A DNA stretch of 61,202 nucleotides, the filler included, from Dimorphilus gyrociliatus (Eukaryota; Animalia; Annelida): the NCBI GenBank assembly GCA_904063045.1. It is 3 parts of 3 records of this genome, joined end to end, with 100 filler letters (N's around TTAATTAATTAA, not from the genome) between each part and the next. Parts side by side here need not be neighbours in the genome. Positions count along the whole stretch, not along the records: positions 36,829 to 61,202 come from CAJFCJ010000166.1; 2 more parts are not named here. One strand, written 5' to 3'. This document shows positions 36,829-48,683 of the stretch, in pieces. Below the pieces are notes generated by a model, which saw nothing but the letters and a program-made list of their open reading frames with translations, did no database searches and was not told the origin of the DNA. Position 1 is the stretch's first letter, and each line of letters starts with the position of its first letter. The translations under genes and the position numbers were made by a program.

Positions 36829-37278
36829 TTTCAAGAATCAATGAAAAATGAATATAAGAAGTTTAAAGATCTAATTGAAAAAATGTATTTGGAAAATCTG
36901 GAACATTACCTTGTATTTGAAAATTATGCTAATAATCTTGTATTCTATGCAGACACTTTGATGAAAATGATATCAAAAGATGGATTTCAAAAATCTTTTT
37001 GGAAAAATCTGCCAGATTGGACAAGGATTTGTTGATGAAACAAAAGAGAGTTTGATGGATTTGTGTAAGATGTAAAAGTAATGATAAAAACAGGAAAAAG
37101 AACAAACCTAACCCTAGTCATCTAGAGAGAAATGGTGTAAGTGACATGGCTGCTATAATAGATATTGTACAAATGGTGAAAAATTAAAGAAATCACAATA
37201 ATGAAAAAGTTACAACTGATAGTATAATTAAAGAAATACAAGAAATAAGAAAGATACAAGTCATGCACAATTAAGGAA

Positions 37279-40200
37279 ATGAAAGGAAATAGGAAATATA
37301 CAAGTGACAAGGAAATAGAAAAATCATCAGTTGTTGAAAAAGATGAAAGTCATAAGAAATTGAAAGCAACATCTATAATAGAGACACATACAAGTGATAA
37401 TATTGTAAAAGAAACACTTGTAACAGAGAAGGATGCAAATTATAAGGAAATAGAAGAAACAACTATTCTACAGAAAAATTATGATACTAATATCAAAGAT
37501 AAAGGGATAGTCTGAAAGAACATCAACAAATTTTTAATGAATTGGAAAGAGAAAATGAACAAAGTATTCTAACAACAATTGATTCTCCAAGTGATAACAA
37601 GCCAGAACAAGTGAAAGATGATGAGTTTATTGCAGAAAAGAGAGACTCTGTTAGTATAACCAATGAAGAAAACAATCAACAAACCAAATCAACTGAATCT
37701 AGTATAGAAAGAAATAATGAACAAATAGTAAATACAGCTGAGGAAACCAAGAATAAAACAGCAACTGAAGAAAAGGATAAAAATGAGGAAGAAAGGTTTA
37801 CAGATCAAATCAGTGTTGAAAATGATCTTACTGAAATGATGGAAACAGCTACAAATGAAAATGATAACAAATTTTGTTCAAGAGACATTTCAAATGAGAC
37901 AATCATGGGTGCTTGTGATAAAGAATCTGTTGTTACAAAATTACATTTGTCAAAAAATTTTGAATTAGGATCACCATTAAAAACATCTTCACCAATAGAA
38001 ACTACTAACAATATCTCCATTGATTCTAGTGAACTGGATTTGTTTGATGAAAAAGCCTGGTTGGCATTGGAAGAGATGAGGTCTCAAGATCACTGCAAAG
38101 AAGCAAAAAAAATGGGTATAGATGGAGCCAATGCACTTGTTTTGAGTATGACAGATTGCATCAAAAAATATAAGGGATGGAAAATGATATTGAGGAACAA
38201 TTATAGAAAAGATAAAAAGCTGATTGATATTTATAGAGAATGGGAAAGAATTTCTTGTCAGACAAGGAGGCAAAAAACTTTTCAAAGTTATTGCCACCAA
38301 ATATACAAATGAAAACAGAATTTTTTATGATATCTGACAGTTCATTTAGAGATATTCAAGTCAAAACTATCTCAATATTAGCCTCCAAATATAAAATTGC
38401 TAAAAATGGAATATTAATCAACATTAGCCAATTAAACTATGAAGATATTTTACCCATTTTAATAAACTGGAATATTCAATGTCAATATATATTCATACAT
38501 ACAAATTTAAATTCTCCTAAAGAAACATATGGATTAGCAAAATTTCTAAAGAACAAGTATGGAACTTGCAAGAATGTGATCATAGCCATTCCATTTGGCA
38601 CAAAACTATTTTCTGCATACAAAGATATTCAAATGGCAACTAAGAACCAAGCCACTGTTCTTGATATGACTGATATGAGAAAATTGGGATTTACAGATAA
38701 TCCAACTGGAAATTCGAAATGTAAACACCTGACAAAGAAGGCACAAGAATTTTCAATTGATTTAGTAATGAAAACTTTGCAGAGAATTATCAAAGATCAG
38801 AAAGAGGAAACAATGGACATAGATACATCAACTAACAAGGTAATATTAATGTCTGGATTTAATTTCTATAAACAATTAAATACTCAATATGTTGTTAATT
38901 TGAGCAAATATCAGATTCCAAATGATGTCAATAGTTTTTTTAATCTTGGTTTAAAGTTTGTACATGAAAGTATAAAACCAGACAAATGGAAGCAATACAC
39001 ATTGTTCAATTTAGAGAGATTCTTTAAAAAGATATCAATCATTAAAAAACAAAATAAATCAACAAATCTGGAAAATCTTAGATGTATTAACTATCAATGG
39101 ATACCAAAAGAAGGATTTGAAAGAAATATAACATCTGTTGAAAAACTAGATGATACTGATGATGATGATGGTGGTGATGTGACAGTGATGAAATGTTACA
39201 ATTTTTCAAAGGATGCAGAAAGGCAATTCAAAGTAATATTTTTAAAGAGAATTCTAATCAAAAACTTGGAAAATTTGACAAAGATTTCTTTAAATCTCTG
39301 AGAAAGTTTTTATCCTTAGACATTGTGATTAAGCCAGCTGACAAGGATCTTGTGTTGTGATACAAAATACTGAAGATTATATCTACATGTGCAATCAATT
39401 ACTTTCTGATAATAAACAATATTGTAAACTATCAACAACTTCTAATATAAATATTTCTGGTAATAAATTTTTAGATAAGTCAATTTTCTATTATAAAGAC
39501 CTAATTAAAACATTTAAAGTTACCTTGGATGAAAAAGAATATAAACATTTGTTGGATTCTCTGTGTACAAAGAAGCATTCTTTTGAGAATAGAATATTTT
39601 ATGGCTTACCTAAAATACATAAGGAACCAGAACAATGGTTGGTTGATGGTAAAATTCCTAAAGGAAGCCTGTTGTTAGAATTTAAGGACAGAATCTTATG
39701 AAATATCAAGATATATCTCCCATCACCTCAAACCAATTAGTATGCTACATTCTTCATATATTGGTAATTCTAAACAACTGTTGATGAACTTAATAGAATA
39801 ACAATTCCAGATGATGCTCTTTTGGTGACTCTGGACATAAAAAGTATGTATACAAACATTGATACTTACACTGGATTGAAAGCTGTAAAATATTTTTTTG
39901 AAAAGTATTCCTACAAGCACAGACCTGATGATTTTCTTATTCAACTTCTCAAATTCAACTTGCATAAGAATCATTTTAAATTTTTAGATACAATATACTT
40001 ACAAAAGAGTGGTTGTGCTATGGGTCAAAGTTATGCTCCTGCTTATGCAAACTTATGGATGGCTTGGGTGGAAGAAGTCTACCTCTTCAACATTAGACCT
40101 AAACCTCTATTTTATAAAAGATATTTGGATGATATTTTCCTAATTTGGACAGGTAGCATTGATACATTTCATAGCTATCTTCAAAAAGTCAATAATATAT

Positions 40201-41511
40201 TAAAAATTTAAAGTTTGAGGAACAACTAGTTTTCAATCAATCAACTTTTTAGATTTAATTCTATTTAAAGGAACAAGATTTCTCTCAACAAATCAATTGG
40301 ATCATCTAACTTTCTTCAAAAATTGTGAAACATTTCATCAACTTCATAGAACTTCTTTTCATCCTAAACATATCTTTAAAGGACTTTTAAAATCTCAATT
40401 CAAAAGATTTCTTAATAACAGCTCCTCTCCATTTCTATTCTTTCAAACTTGTCAAACTGTGATGAAACCACTTTCCAGTCAAGGCTACAGTGCTAAAGAA
40501 ATAAGAAAAGCAATACAGTCTGAATTAAAGACCAAATGAAGAAAGAAAACTATGAAAGAGTGTTGGAAGAAAATAGAAAGACACAGTGGAATATTCCAAA
40601 GGAATTAAGAATATATTTTAACATAAGAAAAAAGATATTCTGCCCTCTAAACATGAATTTCATTTATAGGAAAAACTGTGTAGATTTAATTACAGATAAC
40701 TCAAAAGTATTTCTATTACAATGTAAAGAATGTGGACAAATGATGTACTTTTCTATACAGCAACATAAAAAAATCAGCATCTTACAAACACTTAAATACC
40801 TTCTATCAAGAAAATATTTGGAATTGAATAATATTGACCTAGTAGAAAACTATATCCAGCATCAACATTTTGCAGAAAATCAATTTAATATTTCCTTATG
40901 AACAATTGCAAAGAGATAAATCAACAATTGAAATGAACAGATATATTTATCTCTTGAATATGAAAAATGTCATGTATTATCCCTTTGGCTTAGCCAGATA
41001 TACCAGTTGTCCAGTATATTCAAAGCTACCATTAATTATGCCTTATAGAAATGATCATGGACCAGTGTTAAAAAAATTAACAAAAACCTATAAATTATTA
41101 AGTGATAAGAATTCCATATTTAAAAACATTCCTCTGATATTTGCTTTTACAAACAACATAAATAGTTATTTTCAATTAATTCATAAAAACATTTATTTTA
41201 AACAGGAACAAAATATGTCTACTTCCTTATTTCATAAAAGAAATACAACTAGTACAGATTCATCAGAAAAATGTCATTTTTCACTAAATAAAACAGGAAC
41301 ATCAACAATTAAACATTTTTATAAAAAGAAGAATGCAGAAGAAACATCTTCACTTAGTGCACCACCTCAACCAGGAAAAAAACCAAAGTTTGATACAATT
41401 ACAAGAAAATTCACTATGAAGAGGAAGATGGAGAAGGAAACAGACGAACATAAACCAGTAGTTGCAGAGAAGATGGTTAGAACTGGAAGAAGAATTAAGA
41501 AGAAACTTTAA
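37279..41511 (+). mobile_element. Penelope-like element polyprotein (frameshifted): acidic low-complexity region, SGNH-like module, RT, thumb, degenerate GIY-YIG-like region, basic tail
   Basis: IKPADK, FYGLPKIHK, LVTLDIKSMYTNI, G.AMGQSYAPAYANLWM, YKRYLDDIF and SFHPKHIFKGLLKSQFKRF are PLE RT/thumb motifs; pieces 37279-37515, 37542-38312, 38240-39301, 39357-39701, 39822-40211, 40297-40539, 40536-40901 and 40870-41511 are collinear. Confidence 0.88.
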
Positions 41512-41603
41512 ACTTTCAATATTTTTAATTAGTTGTTTTCCTTTGAATATTTGTTTGTTTGCTTCATAATAATTTGCTTTTCACTGCATATATCTGTACA
41601 ACA

Positions 41604-41606
<3 letters not shown>

Positions 41607-41648
<42 letters not shown>
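41607..41648. repeat. (TA)n microsatellite between the PLE polyprotein and the accessory ORF
   Basis: Read directly. Confidence 0.95.
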
Positions 41649-41650
<2 letters not shown>

Positions 41651-41754
41651 TATTCTATGTATTCTTAGATTTGTTCAGTTCATATCTATAATATTCTTTT
41701 TGTGTAGAATATACTAAATTTTACTAAATTATTTGTTTTTATAGATTTTCTATA

Positions 41755-42818
41755 ATGGCAAATAATACTCCACAAAATCAAATTGAAAGAATAGAAAATG
41801 ATGCAATTCTTATCAATCAAATAATTGATATTGAACATTTTTTACCACCATCTTTTCAACAATTTTTTAACTTTGGAACATTTTATAATCATCTTCAAAG
41901 ATTTAGAAGAGATGACAGAAATCATCCTCCAATTTTTGATGCAAGTAAATTTGAAAAAGATACTGTAGACAAACTGATGAAATTTAAACAATTTTGTGAT
42001 GAAAAAATGTGGCTTGTTGAACAACACCAAGTAAATAATATAAATAAACAACAACTTGGAGAAGTGATATTAAGATATTTGAATGGTACTGACCAGCTTG
42101 TAAGATTTAATAATACAATCAAAGTTAATAGAAGAAAACATTTCAATGTTGGTGAACTACTAGCATCTTTTGCAGATATTGGAGTGAATTTAACAGAAGG
42201 GGAAATGGAAAATCTTATGAAAATTCAACAACCAGCAGTGAAATTTACTACCAACTGTAATTTGCTTCTCTTAACAGTGCTAGTTTGAGTGATTTGGATT
42301 TGTTTCAAATAGAAGATGTTAAGAGGAATATCAATTTTCATGGAAATATTTTGATTGTAAATATTTGTGGATTAACATTTGAAAATTGCAAAGAAATCTT
42401 ATCAAAATGGAAGATAAAAACTAACATTGTAGCTCTACATATTCCTTTTGACACCATTAATGATATTGATGATAATTTTCCAGCTATTTATCAAAGTAAT
42501 GGAAATATTAAGGAATGTATGCTGTTTATATCATACAAAGTTCAGGATAATTTTAATAATCAACAATTTCTACCAGAAAGGTTAAAAAAAATGTTTACAA
42601 ATATTGTTTATATCAATGGCATTATAAGAGGAGATCCTTTTCATAGAAGACTCCAACAGGACAAGATATCTCCTTTAAGAAATATTGTTCAACATTTAAT
42701 TTTTAATGAGATATTAGTGAACACTAAAGATGTGATGGAACAACAACAAAGAAGAACTGGAAGAAGAAGATTAAACAGACAAGATATTCAGGCTATAGAG
42801 GAACAACACAATGAGTGA
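41755..42818 (+). CDS. PLE-associated accessory ORF (one frameshift at ~42285), paralogous to the PLE pre-RT module
   Basis: DEKMWL, GVNLTEGEMENLMK..P and ILIVNICGLTFENCKEILSKW align with DEKAWL, GKNFLSDKEAKNFSK..P and ILINISQLNYEDILPILINW; preceded by a T-rich tract ending TTTTATAG. Confidence 0.7.
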
Positions 42819-42884
42819 AATTAACAAACCTATCAAAACTAAATTTCAATCTCTGTATATTTTATATAAACACTTTGATATTTC

Positions 42885-43835
42885 TAACACAGTGTTAGGT
42901 TTTGGACTTAGAAAAATTTCGACTGAAAAAAGTTGATAAATTTTTCAAAAATATTCCAAGTCCAAATTGGAGGTGAAATCACCCCTTATCTTAGATTCAG
43001 TTATATTTCATGGTGCGGTAATGAATATGGCTCTGGACCGCCCCATGCAAATAGGATTGGCCATATATGTACAGAGGAAGGAACATAGAATTGAATCTAG
43101 GTCTTCTTCTGTTACATTTTATGAAAAGTGACTTACCTGATTATTATACCTGTGATTTTTGAAAGGTTACCCTCTAATTACTATAGAACGTAGGGTCGAG
43201 ATACTGGTGATAGAGTCTAAGGCTGCCAGTCAGCCATCCTCACCTACCACCGTTAACTTCAAAGCTCCATAGCTCAGCAACCGCTGGGGCCGATTTCGTT
43301 CAAATTTTGCACAGTTGCTCAGTTCAATTAGATCTAGCACTGTGTAAAATTTCATAACAATCGGAGCAAGTTGAAATTTCAACTTTCGTCAGTGGTCGAC
43401 TTGCTTTACTGACCACCAAATAGGTGATTTGTAGCAAAAAAAGTGTGGGATTGAACCAGTACCTATCCTAAGGTATAGTAAGCCTCTCAGAGATCAGTCT
43501 GGTGGCAAGCTAACCAGCCACTTTTCCCCTCTCACTTGATAAAGGAGGAATACCTCCGAAATATTGTGAGTTTTAATCTGGTGACATTGTTTTAGTTGCT
43601 AAATACAGGTTCTCTTCACCCTTGTGGAGAATTTGTAAGTGGTTTTGTTGGAGATACAGTTACAGCTTAGGCTGGGGAATTGCTACTCAAGATAGCAACT
43701 CCTCAATAGCTACACCAACCCTTAGCCAAAGCTTGGTTATAAGTGTGTGAGCACTTTTGGGATTACCAGTCTGTACTGATTGTGCTAATCCCTAACCCCA
43801 AGACCTAACCCTAACCTAACCCTAACCCTAATCCC
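42885..43835 (+). mobile_element. ~950-bp non-coding dispersed element with a hairpin end and a (TAACCC)n end
   Basis: Near-identical inverted copy at 54438-55410, partial copy at 59925-60070; palindrome CTAACAC-A-GTGTTAG at one end. Confidence 0.85.
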
Positions 43836-43849
43836 ATTCATAAGTAGTT

Positions 43850-44316
43850 TCAAAATAATTTCTCCACATATATCAATGGCATTACCAGAAGCATCTCTAG
43901 CAATCTTTATGGATTGTTCTGGGAAAGATGCTTTGCCTTGAATATGTTTCACCACCCTTTTGCAGATAAATGATCTGTCACTGCCACTATCGATTAATGC
44001 ATCAAACGGGAACCCTGTATTTGTTTTGAAATTTCCAACGAATGTAGCAGAATTTCGTCCACTTGGTTTGCTCTTTAATAATTGACAAGTAGATTCATCA
44101 CTGTCAGAAAAGCATAAAATATCCTGGATGTCATCACTATCTGAGGGACTTTCATTTTCATGGATATCTAGTTTTTGTAACTTGGGTTCTTCCTCTAAGA
44201 CCAGCTGTGGTGGTTGAGGTTTCTGACACCAAGAATTTCCTTGTGGAAAATTCTGTCTTTTGAATTTTGTGGTTGACCACTTTGGTTTTTGAGTCTCTTT
44301 GTACTTAGACTGCTTG
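43850..44316 (-). pseudogene. Gag C-terminus plus retroviral-type aspartic protease
   Basis: Minus-strand translation ...FPFDALIDSGSDRSFIC...GNAIDICGEIIL; continues gag 46853-47759 across the MULE. Confidence 0.8.
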
Positions 44317-46852
44317 GGGTCAGGTCAGAACGCCCCACTCTCTTTAGAGAATTATAGAAAACAATGCTGAGAGAAAAATATTCTTAAATACCAGTTATTA
44401 TAAATATTTTTACCAGTTTTTTTTTATCAGTTTATTCTCAGAAATTGTGTTGCTTAAATATAATTCATCTTAGTATAATTAATTTTTTTGCTGTTAATGT
44501 CTCACTGAAAAAAGGAGGATGAATTTAAAAACTTGTTGGAAATGTATGAAGAAGTTTCATTGGACTCAAAAGAAGTTTAGATGCAAATTATGTAGGCACT
44601 TTTACCATGCTGAATGTTCAAATAGTCAGATTTTATTCTTTAATATTTCTTTTCTATTTAACCATTTCCTCAGATGCAGATTATTGTATAGACTGTTTTA
44701 ATATAAAAAACAAAAAGCTAATTGTTAAAATAAAAAAGCTGGAAAACAAAAAATCACCAACATGTTCAAAAGTATTTGGAAATGAAACTGTTAGTGAAAG
44801 TTCAAGTTCTGAACAGGTACAAAATATTTAACAAATATCTGTTAAAAAAACTATTTAATGTTTTACTATAGCTGAGGTTATCTTTTGACTTTGAATCTAA
44901 TTTCCCTGATGTTTCAAGTACTCCAGGGAATAATGGAATGGAGAGTTGTGATAAAGATATTGATATTGATAATGATGGAATTTCAAGAGAAGATCAACAT
45001 CAACCTGCTAAAATTGTTACAGAAAATAGTCCAGTTGTAAGAAGAATTGATATAAATAATGAATCTTCTTTTAATGATACAAGAGAGCTTTGTCTAAATG
45101 ATAATTTAAAACATGATTTTGAAATATTTAAGAATGGGAGCAGAAAAGGAAAAGATATTCTTCACAATAATTTTACTTATACTGTAAAAAGATCAACTAA
45201 AACAACCATTACCTGGAAATGTAGTCAAAGAACTAAAAAATCACCATGTCTTGCATCTGTAATTCAAAAAGATTTAAAGTTCATTTTGAAAAATTCTAAT
45301 CACATTCACAAAAGAGAGAAAAATGATATGAGAAAAATTATTGAAGCAAGGTTAAATTTAAAGGAAGCTGCAATTATTGATAAAGACAAATCTGGTAAAA
45401 GAATTGCAGAAGATATCAGCCTGAAGTTCAGAAAGGATATTTCTCATATTCCAAGCATTGATGTCATGAAAAGATCTGCTAATAGATACAGAGAAGGTGC
45501 CAGACCAAAGCACCCAGAAAACATTATGTTTGAATTAAATTTAAATGAAATTCCAGATAATTTTTTCTTAAAAGATATAAAAGGGAAGAAAAGCTGAAAC
45601 ATGATGTTTGCAACTGACCATCAAATTAAATTATTGAAACATTGTAAGATATGGTTTATTGATGCCACATTTAAAATTGTGAGAAAACCTTTTTACCAAT
45701 TGTTTACAATTCATGGATTTATAAGAAAAGAAGGTGAATATAAACAAGTTCCTTTAATGTTTGTCCTCATGACAGGAAAGAAGAAGAAACATTATTCATT
45801 GATATTTGAGGTTGGCTTTCTAAAGTAAATATTTGAGTAAAAATTCTAAAGATATATTTTTCTTTACAAGGAGTTAAAAATCTTAATAGATGGAAAAAGC
45901 CCAAAAAAGTTTGTTCTTGATTTTGAAAAAGCTCTTTGGATATCTTTAAAAAATGCTTTTGTTGATTCTGATCTACAAGGATGTGCTTTTCATTTTAAAC
46001 AAGCAATTCTTAAAAACATACAGGTAAATTAAAGTAATTATAACAATTCTGTTACAGATTTAATTTGTGAAATTAAGAAATTAACAAATACAAATTTTCT
46101 TTTTAGAAATTAGGATACATCAAGGACTATAAAATGAAAGGTTATAAAGGAAATGTGTTAAGAAAACTAATGTGTCTAGCATACTTACCAGCATCATTCA
46201 TCAAACAAAAGTTTTATCAAATTAAAGAGGAACTTTTGGAACTGAATTTATATGCTGATCTTCTTGAGTATATGGAATCTACTTATAATGAAAGCAATAT
46301 TTGGAAACCAGAAAATTGGTCAGTTTATAAATTAATAGTTCGTACAAATAATCATGTAGAGTCTTGGCACACAAGAATCAATCAAAATTTGAAAAGCAAT
46401 GAAAACTTTTATACTCTTATCACTGAACTTCATAGAGAAAGCAGCCTTATTGAAGTTTATGAGGATATGTTGGTGGAAAATAAAATGAGACAGAATCAGA
46501 AGAATAAATATAAAGATTTGCAGGATATTATCTTTGAGTTGTGGAAGAAGTTTGAAGAAAGAGAATTAAGTTTAGATAATCTCTTAAAGGGTTTAATTGA
46601 CTTGAACATTGCTTGAAAAATTATTTCTTTTTTTGTGATCACTTATTATATTTGTTTAAGCTTTTGTACTTTAAGACAAAAAATACATTATGCATATATA
46701 TTTTTATATTCAATTGACTTTTTTTAATTTAATAAGTACAGCATTAAAAAATATTATGTTCTTCAAAAATCAGTGGGGCGTTCTGACTCATGAGTGGGGT
46801 GCTCGAAATCAAGAATGGGGCATTCTGACCCAAAATTGGGGTGTTCTGACCC
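44317..46852 (+). mobile_element. Mutator-like (MULE) DNA transposon; intron-containing transposase 44519-46616 with PHD-like finger, FLYWCH and DDE core; premature stop at 45595-45597
   Basis: C..C...C..C..FYH..C; TWKCSQR...C...H.H; WFIDATFK, VLDFEKA, GCAFHF, RTNNHVESWH; GT-AG introns; inverted ends GTCAGAACGCCCCACT (~44324) and AGTGGGGCGTTCTGAC (46772), repeated to 46852; no TSD found. Confidence 0.85.
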
Positions 46853-47759
46853 TAAGCTGGCTGCTTTTGCCAATAATTTGGGGTCTCTGTTGAAGCATCT
46901 TTTAATATCACCTAGTTCTTTTGGACTCATTAGACTGCTTAGTTTCCAAATTGGATACAGTGGCAACAGGCTTTCTTTGGTTAAGTTTCAAGGTGATTTC
47001 TGCATTCCTAGCAGCTTCATATAGTTGTGCTAGTGAATGCAATCTAGGGTGCAGGGTATTTACCAAATGTAAAATATCTGCTTGTAATCCTTTCTGTATA
47101 ATTTCCATTAATTTTAGTTCCTTCAAGGTACTTTCAAAAGCTGGGTTTAATGGTCTGGGAGGAGAGAGATTTTTGATTAGTTGTTTAGCTCAATTGACAA
47201 ACTGTACTATACTTTCTCCATTCATTTGCTTGAGGTTATTTAATCTTTCCTGATATTCTCTGGGATCAGGGTCAAACTCATTATGAAGAGCTTCCCAAAT
47301 TCTTCCAATAGTAGGATTTCCATCCAGAGCCAATACCAAATCTCTTGCAGGTCCAGTTAAATAGTCCATAAGATTTGCTTTAATTATGTCTGGTTCTATC
47401 CATCCATATGCTTGACATGCTTGATTAAATTCTTCTTTAAATTTAGAGCATTCCCTTGATCCATCATAAGCCCTGAGTATGGTCTGTTGAGGATGATCCC
47501 AAGCTGCTCGAAGTGTTTGAATAAGGGTCTTGATGTCTGGATTTGGATTATTCCTAGGAGGATCTTGTCCAGTATCATAAGCCATGGGCAAGGTAATATT
47601 GTTTCTCTTCATATCCTCTACCAATAAATGGTAATCATTGAGTAATTTCTGTTGATAGTCAGTGGCTCTTCCTTCCTGGATTGTGATTCTTGGAGTTTGT
47701 GGGCTGTTTGTACTCTCTGAACTAACATCATCTCTATCACCATTTCCTCCAGTTGCCAT
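46853..47759 (-). pseudogene. Second gag copy (family 2) with in-frame TGA at 47190-47192
   Basis: Clearly similar to the 16857-17735 protein; FVN*AK versus FVNRAK. Confidence 0.85.
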
Positions 47760-47817
47760 ATCTTTAGTTTAGTAGAATAATTGAATTGAAATTGCATCCT
47801 GTTGACTGCGCCAAGTT

Positions 47818-48322
47818 TGTACTACTTTTGCTTGGTTGATACATAAACAAGGGAATTAAGCAATACTGGTTCTAGTCGAACCTTTAAACAACAATGTTTA
47901 AATTTTAACAATTTATTCAAACTAAAATACTTAAGCAGCTAGCAGAATGAAGTTAAGATAATACAGGAGGGTCTCAAGAGCACCTTAGGCCAATTTGCAG
48001 AACCAATGTTGATCCAGAGGGGTACTGGTCCTGAGAAGGGTTGTCTTGTCCCAAGAAGGTTGTAGGTAGAGTTGAAATGGAGGGGAAGTCAGGTGGTTGG
48101 TTCCTCTCTGAGACTGAGGATCTAGCTGTTTATATCTGTTTTCATGAGTTGGAAGTGGCCAATCATTGGTTTGCAACGGGTGGGGCAAATACCATTTATA
48201 TCATTGGTAATTGCATTAAGTTGCTTGCTAATTGCATTAAGTCAATTGTTCGTCTTCTAGAGCAATAGACTTAACAATATTAAGGTGTGGTTCTCTATTG
48301 TCTTTCATAACAGGATGTTACA
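47818..48322 (-). mobile_element. 5' LTR (family 2) with PBS at 47796-47813; far boundary tentative
   Basis: Same PBS and 4-nt spacer as element 1; shares CAATACTGGTTCTA.TCGAACCTTTAAACA with LTR family 1; TGTAACA at 48322 as candidate start. Confidence 0.65.
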
Positions 48323-48528
48323 AGGGTCAGTCTTTCTCAGGTACTCTTTCTATGGCCTTCCATAGAATTACTCATGGTTAATAACCTTATAAAATTTAGC
48401 GATTACTGAAAAAATATAAATTACAGAGATAAATGAATTAATTGAGTATCTGCAAATATATTATCTAGTTTGTAATTGTTTGTAATTAATGCACTTTTTC
48501 AATGGTTAATAAATAAATTATAATGTTG

Positions 48529-48603
48529 GAAATTTCTAATCTAATTTCTTATCATAAATCCAATAAGATCACGTGACAAAAATGTAAAAATAAATAGTCA
48601 ATT
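48529..48603 (+). repeat. 75-bp inverted repeat (partner 50652-50726) containing GATCACGTGAC
   Basis: The two copies are near-perfect reverse complements flanking the 48684-50228 gene. Confidence 0.85.
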
Positions 48604-48683
48604 TCTCTCTATCTGTTAGTCTGTCTCTCTCTCTCTCTCTCTCTCTCATCTTTATCTTGAGTATTGATTATTTCTCTGGAGGG

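Noticed and set aside
41755-42818. Two overlapping ORFs as a prokaryote-style coupled operon
   Set aside because: Homology to the continuous PLE module indicates one ORF with a frameshift; the TTG start is an ORF-finder artefact
43263-43320. GCTCCATAGCTCAG resembling a tRNA 5' end
   Set aside because: No anticodon arm, T-loop or B box; part of the ~950-bp repeat
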